Of a stretch of 64,000 nucleotides of DNA, positions 62,295 through 64,000 are shown piece by piece. How positions within the stretch are numbered: the first letter of the stretch is position 1; every line of letters begins with the position of its first letter. Below the pieces are notes generated by a model that saw nothing but the letters and a program-made list of their open reading frames with translations, had not been told where the DNA came from and did no database searches. The position numbers and the translations under genes are program-made. Source of the stretch: Malacoraja senta (taxonomy: Eukaryota); the NCBI GenBank assembly GCA_038087875.1, contig CM075998.1, forward strand, positions 6,574,001-6,638,000. The letters run 5' to 3'.

Positions 62295-63100
62295 AATTGA
62301 ATTGAATTGAATTTCTTTATTTGTCATTCAAAAACAAGTTTGAACAAAAGTTCGTTACCATGCAGTCATAACAGTAAAAAAGCAACAAAACACACAATTA
62401 ACACAATTTAACACAAACATCAATCTCAGTGACTCTCCTCCAGGCACCTCCTCACTGTGAATGAAGGTTAAAAAAAAGTCTTATCTCTTCTGTGCTTCTT
62501 CTCCGGTGGTCTGGCAGTGAAACTGCTGCATCGAGGCAATCGAGGCTCCCGATGTTGAAGCCCCCGCTGGGGATGGAAGATCCCGCGGCTGATTTTAACC
62601 CACGGCGGGCGATGAAAGGCACTGCGAACTGGCCGATTAAAGCCTTACGATTCGGGGCGGACGAAGCTGCTGTTACTGGAGCTCCCGAAAATCGGTCGCC
62701 AACCAGAGACCTGCGAGCTCCCGATGTTGCAGTCCGCAGGGCCCGCGACCGAAGCCTCCGAAGTCGAGTCGCAGCCGCATTGCAACGCCCCCACAGCCTC
62801 CGAAGTCAGCCAGCTCCGTGAAGGTAAGTCCGCAGACTCTGTGACCGGAGCCCTCAAGGTCGATTCCAGTTGGAGGCCGCCAGCTCCTCGATGTTAGGCC
62901 TCAGCGCAAATGGAGATACAACACGGAAAAAGGTTGCATCTCCGTTGAAGGAAGAGATTTTTAAAAGTTTCCCTCCCCCCACCCCCCATTATACACAACT
63001 AAAAATAGACTAAAACATAATCTAACATTAACAATATGACAAAGAAAGAAGAAAGGCAGACAGACTGCAGGCGAGCCACAGGTGCATGCGCAGTGCCGCC
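62295..63100 (-). mobile_element. GC-rich non-coding retroposon-like element
   Basis: (AATTG)n tail with TTTATTTGTCA, internal repeats GCTCC(C/T)GATGTT, and a 5' end near TGGCGGC on the minus strand. Confidence 0.55.
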
Positions 63101-63794
63101 ACACGGAATGCATCTCTACTCAGCAGGTCATGCAGCATCCATGGGAAGAGAAACGGATTCAACGTTTCAGATTGAAGACAGTTCGCACAGATACAACCTG
63201 GCCTGCTGAGTGTGTCCAGTATTTTCAGTTTTTGTATTGGTTATCTTCTGTTTTTATTTTCAATTTCTTGCGTCTGCAGTATTTTGCTTTTAAGGGAACT
63301 GCCTTTTAGGAGAAATTTAATGTCTTCAAAACTCTTGAAGAATAGTTAATATCTTGAACTAAGGCTCAAGAGAAATAGTGTTTGGCGTTTGTAGTTTGTC
63401 ACTGTGGACTGGTGCCAAACCTAAGAGTACCACTAGCAAAACATGGGAAATGACAAAGCATTACTGTGGATTCAGTATTTTTTATAATTACACTCAGAAT
63501 GTTCTGTATTTGAGGCCCTTGGCCTTTCACCTGTCCCTCGTGAAATGTTGTGTCTTGGCACAATTTCATTTCTAAGAAGTTTCATTTCAATTTATAAATG
63601 TTTCCAGATGGCACAGAAACTAATGCAGATATCACCACTGTTGATATTGAACCAAGAAGTTCAAACCTGATTCTGCTTTTCCATGCACTTATTCCAAATA
63701 ATTAAAGCTGCTGGCAGCGATGGCTTGTCTAGTGAGGGAAGAGATTGTCAGATGAGTGGGCAGAACTGAGAATTCACTGTAATCCTGAAGATAC

Positions 63795-64000
63795 GGGCGG
63801 TGCAGCGGTAGAGTTGTTGCCTTGCAGTGCTTGCAGCGTCAGAGACCCGGGTTCCATCCCGACCACGGGTGCTGTCTGTACAGAGTTTGTACGTTCTCCC
63901 CGTGACCGCGTGGGTTTTCTCTGAGATCTTTGGTTTCCTCCCACACTCCAAAGATATCCAGGTTAATTGGCTTGTTATGTGTAAATTGTCCCTAGTGTGT
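63795..64000 (+). mobile_element. HE1-type V-SINE, runs off the window end
   Basis: Head GGTGCAGCGGTAGAGTTG and V-domain. Confidence 0.85.

Overview
Eukaryotic, repeat-saturated vertebrate DNA, most likely a cartilaginous fish (skate or ray). That assignment is inferred from HE1-type V-SINEs, several CR1 subfamilies and Penelope terminal repeats. The only host coding sequence I recognise is one 150-nt, phase 0/0 exon of SPRYD3 (+, 50173-50322); no neighbouring exon is visible, so the rest is probably intron. The intron holds a near-full-length CR1 with an intact ORF1, many CR1, Rex1/Babar, L1 and RTE fragments, HE1 SINEs, three non-autonomous DNA transposons with TIRs and TSDs, a probable solo LTR, and roughly 20 Penelope-like (PLE) terminal repeats with a minimal hammerhead-ribozyme motif. 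The most unusual signal is local DNA copied together with those PLE ends: a segment present three times with a shared junction, a chimeric Penelope carrying 177 bp of it, a 163-bp inverted duplication and a 66-bp tandem array. Family names come from motif recognition and memory, not database searches. Boundaries of decayed elements are approximate unless a TSD is given.
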